Source: Malacoraja senta
Lineage: Eukaryota
Direction of reading: 5' to 3'
Length of the DNA: 45,382 bases
NCBI GenBank assembly: GCA_038087875.1
Contig: JAXLNO010000111.1
Span: 62,001 to 107,382, forward strand
Position numbers and translations under genes: made by a program
Shown: positions 11,343-21,590 of the stretch, piece after piece
How positions within the stretch are numbered: position 1 is the first letter of the stretch
Layout of the letters: each line of letters opens with the position of its first letter
The notes under the pieces: generated by a model
The model's database searches: none
What the model saw: the letters and a program-made list of their open reading frames with translations, nothing else
What the model was told of the DNA's origin: nothing

Positions 11343-12706
11343 CTGATGGCCAAAGTGGGACAGGCCCAAGACCCTGGTGCGACGCAACGTCTCACCTCCA
11401 ACAGCAGCAGAAGCAGGCAAACGATCATCACACTCGGCCTGGGCCTCAAGGCCGTTGCGGTCCGGATCCTCCCCCACTTATACTCCCAGAGCGGGGCCAA
11501 GAAAATTGAAGATAGACACAAAATGCTGGAGTAACTCAGCGGGACTGGCAGCATCTCTGGAGAGAAGCAATGGGTGACGTTTCGGGTCGAGACCCTTCTT
11601 TTCAGACTGAAGAGTCTCGACACGAAACGTCACCCATTGCTTCTATCTAGAGATGCTGCCGGTCCCGCTGAGTTACTCCAGCTTTGTGTCCATCTTCAAA
11701 TGACGTCACACGCTCCAGACGGCTGTGCATACGCATGAAATCGCGTGCGACCTTCGCGGGACCGTCGCAGCTCAACGCGACCATGAGGTCGCGTAATTTG
11801 CATGCCAAGGACACGTAAGTGGGCCAGGTCCTTTATGCTTGCAGGCTGAACAGCAGCGTTTAACAATGTGATTACCTAACTTCTCTATGGTTTCTCCCAA
11901 GTAGGTAGAAGAACCATATTATGAGCACCATATGTAGAATATTATATTTTGCTTTTATCCCACGTTTGTAAGTTGCACTTTCAATTCACCATAGTCACAA
12001 GCCTTTCACGAAAGGTTGTTGGATCTTACATATGGACCAGCCTTTGGAGCTTTGGTTCCTATGTGAGCACTAAGGTTTGTTCACATCACAGCTAGATTGA
12101 CACACAGTATTATTTATAGGCTTGCTGTCTATTGGGATGAAACGAATAAATGATTCACACACACTATTGCAAATATCTTCTCCCTTGTTGCACAGTTTTT
12201 TTGCATTAGTTCAATTGCGTTCTAGTTCTAAGAAGGAATCATGATTCAAATTGTGTATTTATGCCACTTTGCAAAGAAGGAAGAGAAACGTTTAACTAAA
12301 ATAAAACATATACACTGTGAGAACTTTATGGAACTAGAACATAGACCATAGAACAGTACAGCATAGGAACAGGCACTCCGGCCCACAATGTCTGTGCTGA
12401 ACATGATGCCAAGAAAAACTAATCTCATCCACCTCTGCATGACCCACATCCCTGCATATCCATCTCCCTCTGTCAGAATGGAGCACAGAGAGAAGTTGCA
12501 TTGCATCATGTTACTGGTTTCAGCATTGTTTGATCATTTTGAAATTGTACTTAAAACATCGGCGAATGCTTATCGTACCTCAGGTTCCTGCTCCATTCCA
12601 GAGCAATAATTCTAAAATGGTCATGGGGGGAGTTTAAATGGAGAGGCTAGGCAAATCTGGATGAGCCCTAATTGTTAAATTTCCAGTAGAGTTTCATTCA
12701 GCTCAC

Positions 12707-12770
12707 CAGATATGTAAAACCATACAAGTGCTGTGATAAGCCATGCCCTTGGTGAACAGTATTTCTTTGA
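12707..12770 (-). CDS. Candidate 64-nt exon encoding a signal-peptide-like segment (SKKYCSPRAWLITALVWFYIS, phase-1 end)
   Basis: Minus strand tctaatttcag|TCAAAG...ATCTG|gtgagc in unique sequence. In frame with the ATG that ends the candidate exon at 16815-16873. No homology recognised. Confidence 0.3.
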
Positions 12771-13026
12771 CTGAAATTAGACATTTGCATAGTTCACATC
12801 ACAGATGGCAATTTCCATGGTTGTAAATACCTTGCCAAGACACAGTGGGAATCTTGGTGCATTTTGGGTAGTTTCTCCAACTGATGTCTCAATTGCACCA
12901 ACAATTACATTGCCAAAGTAAATTTGCAGAGGAATCCATGTCAAAGACATCAACCCAACTGGAAACCAGTGATGAACATGTGGTATCCGTTCCCTATTAA
13001 GTCCAGATTTGTGGTGGTCAAGTCAG

Positions 13027-13352
13027 GTTTAGTTTAGTTTGGTTTAGTTTAGTTTAGAGATATAGCGTGGAAACAGGCCCTTTGGCCCACTGTCGGCACT
13101 GACCAGCAATCCCCGCACATTAACACTATCCTACACATACTCGGGACCATTTACATTGATACCAAGCCAATTAACCTACAAACCTGTGCGTCTTTGGAGT
13201 GTGGGAGGAAACCAAAGATCTCGGAGAAAACCCATGCGGTCACGGGGAGAAGGTACAACCTCTGTACAGACAGCAACCATAGTCGGGATTGAACCTGGGT
13301 CTCCGGTGTAGCAAGCGCTGTAAGGCAGCAACTCTACCGCTGCACCACCGTG
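13027..13352 (-). mobile_element. HE1-type V-SINE, full length
   Basis: (ttagt)n tail through to head gcacggtggtgcagcggtagagttgc in reverse. Confidence 0.9.
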
Positions 13353-14019
13353 CTGCAGTGTGACCCCACCTGTACAGGAAATCTATCTACGGCCTTCATA
13401 AAGCCATCAGAGATGCCAAGAGACAATATCCGTCCCATCCCATGATAACTACAGCAGATTGTGGCAAGGGCTACAAAGCGAAGTAAGGCAGAATTGCTGT
13501 CAACAATGCAACCCGACCCGATGGGCCAAATGCACTCTATGCTAGTTTTGAACAGGTTGGTGGAACATTGCCATGGACCCTGAGAGCTTTGTATGCACCT
13601 GTACCGATGTTCACTGTCACAGACGTCAGATTACAGTCCTAAGAGTGAGAAAGCAATGGGCCCGCGTGGATTCCGCAGATGTGTCCTCAGAGCCTGCGTA
13701 GACTCGCTGGCAGGAGTATTTGTGAACATATTTAACCTCTCCCAACTCTATTCTGAGTTCCCATCTGCTTTAAGAAGTTCACTATCATCCTGGTACAAAA
13801 GAAAAGCAAGTTGGCGTGCCTCAATGACCATTGACGCTGGCTCTAACATTTAGCATCAAGAAGTGCTTCGAGTGGCTGGTCATGGTGCACATCAGCTTCA
13901 ACCTCACAACCAGCCTTGATCCACTGCAATTTACCCACCACCCCAACAGGTCCATGCAAACGCTTTCTGTGGGACATTTTGATAACATGGCCATCTACAA
14001 CAGACTCCTATTTATTGAC

Positions 14020-14482
14020 CATCGGTGAGACCAAGCGGAGGCTTGGCGATCGTTTCGCCGAACACCTCCGGTCGGTCCGCAATAACCAACCTGACCTCCC
14101 GGTGGCTCAGCACTTCAACTCCCCCTCCCATTCCGTATCTGACCTCTCTGTCCTGGGTCTCCTCCATGGCCACAGCGAGCAACACCGGAAATTGGAGGAA
14201 ATGCACCTCATACTCCGCTTGGGCAGTCTACATCCTGGGGGCATGAACATTGAATTCACCCCATTTTGCTAGCCCTTGCTGTCTCCTCCCCTTCATCAGC
14301 CCTCTGGTTGTCTCCTCCCACCCCCCAGCCCTCGGGCTCCTCCTCCACCTTTTTTCCTTTTTTCCTTTCTTCTCCCCACCCCCTATCAGTCTGAAGAAGG
14401 GTTTCGGCCCGAAACGTTGCCTATTTCCTTCGCTCCATAGATGCTGCTGCACCCGCTGAGTTTCTCCAGCATTTTTGTGTAC
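14020..14482 (+). mobile_element. 5'-truncated Penelope-like retroelement: GIY-YIG C-terminus plus terminal repeat
   Basis: IGETKRRLGDRFAEHLRSVR...PVAQHFNSPSHS...RLGSLHPGGMNIEF. 15-bp TSD CTCCTATTTATTGAC (14005-14019, 14483-14497). Confidence 0.92.
14391..14418 (+). ncRNA. Minimal type I hammerhead-ribozyme-like motif in the Penelope terminal repeat
   Basis: CUGAAGA-A-GGGUU/uc/GGCCC-GAAAC-GUU; palindromic AACGUU replaces helix III; helix I only ~2 bp. Confidence 0.65.
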
Positions 14483-15332
14483 CTCCTATTTATTGACTAT
14501 AGCTCTGTCTTCAATCCAAACTCATCTCCAAACTTCTGGACCTTGGATTCATCATCCCCCTCTAACATACTGTAGATCCTTGACTTCCTGAACCACAAAC
14601 TACAATTAATAAGGAGAGGCAACAACACCTCCTCCACTAAATGGAATTCTTACTTTCAGCAGCACAATAGATATGGAAGCATAGTACTCTGTAAAAACCG
14701 TAAGCATCAAAAAAAGGTTCAGCAATAAACAGATAAACAAACGATAATAGTGCAAAGTAAATAAAGAATGCCCCGTCTATGTAGTTCGGAGCTTATTTGA
14801 AGGTTGTAGTGCTTAATAGGCTGATGGTTGTAGAGAAGAAGCACCCCACTGTCTTCAGGCAATTTGGGCCAACCTCTCATATGCTTGGAATAAATTCCTG
14901 ATCTCTCACCACCTTTGTGGCCCGTGCACATTTTCTAGCTCACTTTCTCTGCAGCTAAACGTTATATTATGCACTCAGTTTCTCTTTCTCTCTTCCATTA
15001 CTTTGACATACACCTGTACAGTATGATTTGCCACAACGTTTTTCACTGTGTCTTGATCATTTGATAAATAATAGACCAATAACCAATGACATTAAGTCAA
15101 TGAGGTTACATTCTCACAACTAGCCAACTACCTCAGACAACAGAACGATGAAAGTGATTGTGTAACTGTTTTTATTACGGTATAAAACAGGCAGCCTCTT
15201 CATCTTTTAGCTCAACCTGAAACTGATCTAAATATTGGCCTTGCAGGTTGCCTGGTTAGACTTTAGACTTTAGAGATACAGGCCCGTCGGCCCACTGAGT
15301 CTGCGCCTACCAACAATCACCCCATACACTGA

Positions 15333-16141
15333 AGGGCCTGTCCCACCAGCATGCGATTGCATGCGTCTAGCGCGACCAAACGTGGTCGCTTGAGGCGTAC
15401 GGCCGCGCGGGGCCGGTCCCAATTCGAACCGCGGAGGCGTATGGAGTTGTGCGGGGCTGGTCCCGACATCGCTTGGGGCTCCGAAAATCCCGCACTGTCC
15501 GAAAATTCCGCGCGCCAACGACCTGTCGGCCCGCAGGTGCATTGAGGGCGTATGCAGCGTCTCGACGGCGTACGCAGCATCACAAAGTGATGTAAGAGCC
15601 TGTCCCACTTGCATGCGACTGCATGCGTTTGGCGCAACCAAACGGAAGCGGAGTTCGCGCTAGGTTCACGGTAAGTACGCGCTAAGTACGCGGTAAGTAC
15701 GCGCAAAGTTCGCACGTGACGTAATTTACGTCATACTCACCAATCTGCTGGGCAGGAGGCGGGCCGACTGAATTTGGACGTTGCACGGATTAGGGCGATG
15801 ACGTCATCATGCAACGGCACGCCGGGCGGTGACTTCATCGCACAACGCCGCACGCTAGGCATACGCCGTCAAGACGCTGCGTACGACGTCAAGACGCTGC
15901 GTACGACGTCAAGACGCTGCGTACGCCCTCAATGCGCCTGCGGGCCGACAGGCCGTTGGCGCGCGGAATTTTCAGACAGTGCAGGATTTTTGGAGCCCCG
16001 CGCGATGTCGGGACCAGCCCCGCACAACTCCATACGCCTCCGCGGTTCAAAGTGGGACCGGCCCCACGCGGCCATACGCCTCTAGCGACCACGTTTGGTC
16101 ACGCTAGACACATGCAATCGCATGCTGGTGGGACAGGCCCT
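15333..16141. mobile_element. Harbinger-like MITE with ~245-bp inverted arms, inserted in an HE1 SINE tail
   Basis: TGA|AGGGCCTGTCCCAC...GTGGGACAGGCCCT|TAA; arms ~15333-15578 and ~15896-16141. Confidence 0.85.
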
Positions 16142-16189
16142 TAACCTACACACACTAGGGAAAATGTTACAATTTTACTGAAACCAAGT

Positions 16190-16492
16190 CAGCAGTAGAG
16201 CTACTGCCTTACAGCGCCAGAGACCCATGTTTGATTCTGACTATGGGTGCTGTCTGTAAGGAGTTTGTAGGTTCTCCCTGTGACCTGCGTGGGTTTTCTC
16301 CGAGATCTTCGGTTTCCTCCCACACTCCTCTCACACTAGGTAGGTTTGTAGGTTAATTGGCTTAATAAAATTGTTAAAAAAATGGTCCCTAGTGTGCGTA
16401 GGGTAAGTCTCAATGTGAGAGGATCGCTGGTTGGTGTGGACTCGGTGGGCCGAAGGGCCTGTTTCCGTGCTGTATTTCTAAACTAAACTAAA
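16190..16492 (+). mobile_element. HE1-type V-SINE
   Basis: Consensus match; ends (ctaaa)n. Confidence 0.85.
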
Positions 16493-16496
16493 AATG

Positions 16497-16670
16497 AACC
16501 TACAAATCTGAATGTCTTTGGAATGTGGGAGGGAACCAGAGCACCCAGAGTAAACCCATGTGGTTACAGGGAGAACGTACAAACTCCGTACAGACAGCAC
16601 CCACAGTCAGGATCAAACCCGCGTCTCTAGCGCTGTGAGGCAACAACTCTACTGTTGCGCCACTGTGCTG
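16497..16670 (-). mobile_element. HE1-type V-SINE 5' half
   Basis: Reverse complement of head and V core. Confidence 0.85.
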
Positions 16671-16814
16671 GCCCATATGTTCAAATAAGTATATATTCAG
16701 ATAAGCCAGGTGCAAAAGTTTAATTAAAATTAATAGTCATATGTGAACTTGAGTCTGGTGCCCATTGAAAGATTGCGTCTGAGTTTTCAATTGCCAAGGA
16801 AAATTAACACTCAC

Positions 16815-16873
16815 CATTGGATATGATGAACGTTTCAGAACATAGTGCTCAACACTTGCACAAACGCAACATA
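16815..16873 (-). other. Candidate 59-nt exon ending in ATG
   Basis: Minus strand: branch point CACTAAC ~37 nt upstream, tccttttttctgctccag| acceptor, ...CCAATG|gtgagt donor; unique sequence. Confidence 0.4.
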
Positions 16874-17467
16874 CTGGAGCAGAAAAAAGGATCATTTGCC
16901 AGCCCCCTGGTTAGTGCATCAATCACCTTGGATGTTCAGGTGGACATAGTTGATTGTACAATGCCTCTATAATCGCCCGAAGGTGCCTGGAAATGGATTG
17001 CACCTGTCGCACATAGGGCCACAGGCAAAGCAGTAGCTGTCAATGAAATTAATTTGAAAGCTTGCTTCAGCATTTGACAGCTTTCTGGCATAGTAGGCTC
17101 TTCCTTAGAGAATTTCCTGCTCTTCCTTAGAGAATTTCAGTTTTCCTACCCAACTTTGGGCCCCGGATCTACTGAAAGTAAATTTGATTTAGAGACATCC
17201 AGATTCATTATATGCATCAGGCGTGCGGTCTTAAATGGGAATTAGGTCATGGTATATCAACACAAGGGACACAAAACTTTCCTTTCTTTTTAAGTGGCAG
17301 AAACTTCATCATCAACTTAAATATCCAATCACACATTTTTCGGGAGCTACTGTGACTTACTGCAGTGCAGCTTCTGCAATGGCACCACGCACCATCTAAC
17401 TTGGTGTGTAGTCTTCCAGTGTCAGATGTGAAGCAATGATAGCCATGATTGGCGAGAGCCCAGTGGA

Positions 17468-17960
17468 TTGAGCACTTAAACCAAGGCCGGCATTCCAGTG
17501 CAGTACTGAGGGTGTGCCAGGCTAGTCATAGATCCCCTTTCGATGCAACATTATTCTTTCCTTAACGCACTCAGTTGAAAAATTCCATGGCACCTCTTCA
17601 AGAATAGGGAATATTCCTGGTTCCCTCTTTTTGGGGATTATTGCCCCTTCCCCCCCTCTACTTTCAGTCTGAAGAAAACGTCACCCATCTTTTTTCTCCA
17701 GAGATGATACCTGACCCGTTGAGTTACTCCAGCACTTTGTCTACCTTTGGTATAAACCAGCAGCTGCAGTTTTTTCCTACATATTCCTGGTTTATCTGCA
17801 CAATTATCATCTTTCAATCAATAAAATAAATTATCGAGTCATCATCATACTGGCTGTGCATATAAAAGGTGCCACTCTCTTTACGTGCCCACTTGAAAAA
17901 GTATACCGTTGGTCTCAGGATGTCTTGAAAAATGCCACAATAAAGTGAATCTTACTTTGC
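17468..17960 (+). mobile_element. Old Deu-domain SINE (SacSINE1/AmnSINE1-like), split at 17623-17780
   Basis: tccagtgcagtactgaggg and tccatggcac...aaga...ggg motifs typical of the Deu domain; continues after the insertion. Confidence 0.65.
17623..17780 (+). mobile_element. Short Penelope-derived element with hammerhead helix II deleted
   Basis: gtctgaaga-aaacgtcaccc; 12-bp TSD ATATTCCTGGTT (17611-17622, 17781-17792). Confidence 0.85.
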
Positions 17961-18288
17961 ATGGGGAATAATGCACGTTTCAGGGTGCCAAGATTGGCTG
18001 CAGCATAATTTTAGAAAAGACAGCTAATTTACCACTGTACTTTTCCATTGAGGTAATTATAAGTTGCACTGATGATTGTGGTAACTATTAAAATGGCCAT
18101 AATATGGCTATTATAAATGGAACTAAACAGAGCGATCAACAGATCAATAGCGAGCCAGAAACAAACAATCAGCTGGCTAACGGCGGGACCAAACCAACCA
18201 TCAAGTGATCACCGTAGGAAGTAATCAGTGGGCCAATTGTGGGGCAAAATAACAAGATTGAGAGGTTGCAAACATCCTTTTGACATAC

Positions 18289-18479
18289 ATACTTAGTCTT
18301 ACTGCCTCTGACTACATTCTATCTTTGTCCTGCCCCCACCCCAGACATAGTCTGAAGAAGGGTCTCGACCCGAAACGTCACCCATTCCTTTTCTCCAGAG
18401 ATGCTGCCTGTCCCGCTGAGTTACTTCAGCATTTTGTGTCTACCTTCGATTTAAACCAGCATCTGCAGTTCTTTCCTAC
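18289..18479 (+). mobile_element. Short Penelope-derived element
   Basis: 17-bp TSD ACATCCTTTTGACATAC (18272-18288, 18480-18496); terminal repeat homologous to 14385-14482. Confidence 0.9.
18352..18379 (+). ncRNA. Minimal hammerhead-ribozyme-like motif
   Basis: CUGAAGA-A-GGGUC/uc/GACCC-GAAAC-GUC; GUC at the expected cleavage position; helix I ~2 bp. Confidence 0.65.
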
Positions 18480-18829
18480 ACATCCTTTTGACATACCCGC
18501 AATGTTCTCACATAACATTAACATTCATCACTGCGGTGACACACACTCTCAATCAATTGCGGGAAATAGTATGGTATCAGTAATTGTGTGAGTCAGTGAG
18601 AGGACATGTTGGAACAATAGTAATAATCATACTCAAGCACTCAGCTGCCAGCTGGCAGGCCCAATCCTAACCTTGACCGACGTTTCCGTTTGTGTTTCTT
18701 CCAGAGAGTAAGCTTCTCGAGATTCATATAATAAGCATCTGGCAGATGGTTAAGTAAAGTTGCATGCAGAATAGTCCTCACACAGATGCAATTGCATTAT
18801 ATTTATCGTGTGAGGGGTTATACATTGGT

Positions 18830-19302
18830 AGATTGAAAGATACAGCATTGAAACTGGCCTTTCATCCCACCGAATCCACGCCGGCCATCGATCACCCAGT
18901 CACAACAGTTCTATGTTATCCCATTTTTGCATTCACCCCTTGCACACTGGGGGCAATTTACAGAGACCAGTTAACCTACAAACCCACATGTCTTTCAGAT
19001 ACGGGAGGAAACCAACATGGTCACAGGAAGAATGTGTAGACTCTACACAGAGAGTTCCTTAAGGGCCTGTCAGACTTCGCGATTTTTTCGGCGACTGCTG
19101 GCGTCATATCAGTGTCGCCAAAAGATTTTGAACATTTCAAAATCCAGCGCCACGTCACCGCCACGTCTTTTTCGGTGACCTGATACGTCAGTCAATGATG
19201 CCGGCAGTCGCCAAAAAAAATCGCCAAATGGGACAGGCCCTTAAGGTCAGGATCAGACCCGGCATTGTGAGGTAGCAACTCTACCTGCTGTACCACTGTG
19301 CC
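18830..19302 (-). mobile_element. HE1-type V-SINE interrupted by a MITE
   Basis: SINE consensus resumes at ggtcaggatc after 19244. Confidence 0.75.
19062..19241. mobile_element. 180-bp Harbinger-like MITE
   Basis: ~46-bp imperfect TIRs beginning AGGGCCTGTC; flanks TTA and TAA. Confidence 0.85.
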
Positions 19303-19554
19303 TTTTCACATTAAAGGGCATGTAGTGAGAGCTGACTCAAGCTCTTGGCTCATGCTCCTCTTCTATAGTGACAGAAATAGGTTTCTAGGACCTGTAACAC
19401 TAAGGCTGAATTTAATGTGGTTAGTTGGTGACACATAGTTTCACAGCAGAGAAAGGAGTCTTTCAGCTCATCCTGTGTGTGACGACTGACAATATTTAGA
19501 TCAATTCAACAGCTCACTCTTGGTCCAGGTACAAGGTCTTCAATTAGTTCAGCT

Positions 19555-19945
19555 TAGATTAGTTTATTATTGTCACGCATACTGACAGTGTACAGTGAAA
19601 AGCTTTTGTTGCGTGCTATCCAGTCAGCGAAAAGACTATACACGATTACAATCAAACCGTCCACAGTGTACAGATACAGGATAAAGGGTATAATGGTTAG
19701 TGCAAGTTAAATCCAATAAAGTCTGATTGAAGATAGTTTGAAGGTCTCCAATGAGGTAAATGGGAGATCAGGACCGCCCTCTCTAGCTGGCGAGAGGACG
19801 GTTCAGTTGCCTGATAACAGCTGGGAAAAAACATTTCCTGAATCTGAAGATGAATCTGATCATTTTTTATGATTCAGGTATGATCTGAATCATACCTTTT
19901 ACCTGATGGAAGAGGGGAGAAGAGGGAGTGACCGTGGGAGTCTCA
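19555..19945 (-). mobile_element. Rex1/Babar-like LINE 3' end
   Basis: (ttag)n tttattattgtcac tail, then gttcagttgcctgataacagctggg and ggaagaggggagaagagggagtgacc (HSLFSPLPSG in reverse). Confidence 0.7.
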
Positions 19946-20689
19946 TCGAGGTATTTTTATTAATGTGCTGAGGATTTCTAAATTCACCTCCCTTTTGGAC
20001 AGAGTTCCATTCTCCCATCACTCAGCAAGTGAAATTATTCTTACCCAACTCCTCTCATCCTCCTTCCAATTAACGTCAACACATGTCTTCTAGTTGTCGA
20101 CCTGCATGCTAAGGGAAATTAGTCCTTCCTTTTCTTGCTGTTGAGGCCACCCATAATATTTACTTCAATTAACTAAATTTCTCCTCATTCTCTTTTATTT
20201 CAAAGAAACACCCCTAAAGTCCATAATTTCCCCTATAATTCTCCAGCGCTGGCAACATCCTTGCCAATCTCCCCTGCACCTTCTCTAATGCTATCCTTCC
20301 TGGATTATGTTTTTCAGAAAAATCCACTCTGCATTAACTATGGAATCTAATATTTTGGATAGTTCTAGTACAATCTCCCTCTTCTCGTGTTCTATGCTTC
20401 TTCCAATAAAGGCAGGTTTTCATAAAGCTTTCATAACTACCTTATTTCTCTGTCCTGCTGCCTTCAGATAACTGTGGATTTGTATTCCAATTTCCTTCCA
20501 TTTCTTTCCATTTCTTAATTTCCTAATATTGTTTGTGTATTCTGTTTCTTATTGTTGCCTCACACCTCTCTAGATTGAATCTGATTTGTCGTTTTGTACC
20601 CACGTACCGGTCCAAATATCTCTTCCTCACAATTAATCAGTCTGCCACCTTCGGAATCTTTGACAATGATGGGCCCTATATAGTCTATA

Positions 20690-21035
20690 TAGTTTAATTT
20701 ATTACTGTCACGTGCACAGTGAAAAGCTGTTTTGTTGCATGCTATCCAGTCAGTGAAAAGACTATGTATGATTATGATCAAGCCATCCATAGTTTTAAAG
20801 ATACAGGGTAAAGGGAATAACGTCCAGTGCAAGATGAAAATCAGATTAAAGATAGTCCAAGGGTTTCCAATGAGGTAGATGGTAAATTTGGACCACTCTC
20901 TACTTGTTGATAGGATGGTTCAGTTGCCTGATAACGCCTGGGAAGAAACTGTCCCTGATTCTGGAGGAATGCGGTTTCTAACCTCTATACCTCTTGCCTG
21001 ATGGGAGAAGAGAGAATGACCGTGGTAAGACTCAT
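20690..21035 (-). mobile_element. Rex1/Babar-like LINE 3' end (second copy)
   Basis: Colinear with 19555-19945. Confidence 0.7.
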
Positions 21036-21184
21036 CCTTAATAAGTGAGTTCGGTATTTCAACTGCGCATGCCCAGGTCATAGGTCACTCAAGATAAACA
21101 TTCACGGCAGCTGAGCTGCTGCGTGTATACAGACCTGTGTTTCATCCGTAGTCAGGATCGAACCCGGGTCTCTGGCGCTGCAAA

Positions 21185-21590
21185 CGCTGTTGAATTTCTA
21201 CTGGACCCTCCCCGTCCCCTCCTGGGTGTCCCATCCCTGTCTGGGGCGGCTGGAGATGTCCGGGGTGACCCTGGGCTGACGGGACACCGGCCTGGAGCAG
21301 TGGCGACCCCAGACTTACAGCCTGCGCGGAGAACAAGCGCTAACTCCAGCTCAATTCTGCCTGTCCTGCTGGGTTAACCAACAGCCCTGGACTGACGGGA
21401 CACCGGCCTGGAGTAGTGGCGGCCCCAGGCTTACAGCCTGCGTGGATAAGAAGCGCTAATTCCAGCTCCTCTCTGCTCCAACTCCCGAGGAATCTGTTCC
21501 CCGACGGGCCGGGGACCGTCAGCAGCACCTCTCGCCTTATCCAGTGGCTGTCGGTTAACCCCCTCGGTGCCAGCGAAAGCTGAGCTCCAG
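21185..21590. repeat. GC-rich element with ~116-bp tandem unit (~1.8 copies), related to the interior of 43214-43969
   Basis: ccctggrctgacgggacaccggcctggag at 21269 and 21385; shares cagctcaa(c/t)tctgcctgtc...gggttaacc with ~43348. Confidence 0.7.

Larger units (their letters stand above)
8959..11832 (-). mobile_element. PIF/Harbinger-like MITE (same family as 27601-28295, opposite orientation), interrupted by CR1
   Basis: TTA|AGGGCCTGTCCCACTTACGTGTC...GACACGTAAGTGGGCCAGGTCCT|TTA. Colinear with the reverse complement of 27601-28295 once 9164-11342 is removed. Confidence 0.85.
8190..11940 (-). mobile_element. Old Penelope-like element 3' part, split by later insertions (pieces ~8190-8958 and 11833-11940)
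   Basis: Reverse complement of ~11840-11903 translates YLGETIEKLGNHIVKRCCSACK, aligning with the GIY-YIG segment IGETKRRLGDRFAEHLRSVR at 14021. Terminal-repeat-like sequence at 8190-8300. Confidence 0.55.
13366..14640 (+). mobile_element. Degenerate Rex1/Babar-like LINE RT fragment, split by Penelope insertion
   Basis: Translates to LYRKSIYGLHKAIRDAKRQ, CVDSLAGVFVNIFNLS, KCFEWLV...LDPLQF and RLLFIDYSS, with frameshifts. Confidence 0.75.

Noticed and set aside
9365..11623. 752-aa ORF as a host or domesticated gene
   Set aside because: It is a truncated CR1 ORF2 with TSD and tail; the N-terminus is chance read-through from MITE sequence.
13280..13352. tRNA gene (also other tRNA-like heads in the window)
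   Set aside because: A/B-box-like heads continue directly into SINE bodies; no complete cloverleaf.
13916..14272. 118-aa ORF as a standalone GIY-YIG nuclease gene
   Set aside because: It is the C-terminal fragment of a 5'-truncated Penelope bounded by a 15-bp TSD.
15668..15925. CRISPR-like array
   Set aside because: Repeats are directly tandem with no unique spacers, lie inside a MITE, and the DNA is eukaryotic.
17097..17138. 22-bp-period duplication gctcttccttagagaatttc
   Set aside because: Ordinary local slippage duplication with no sign of function.
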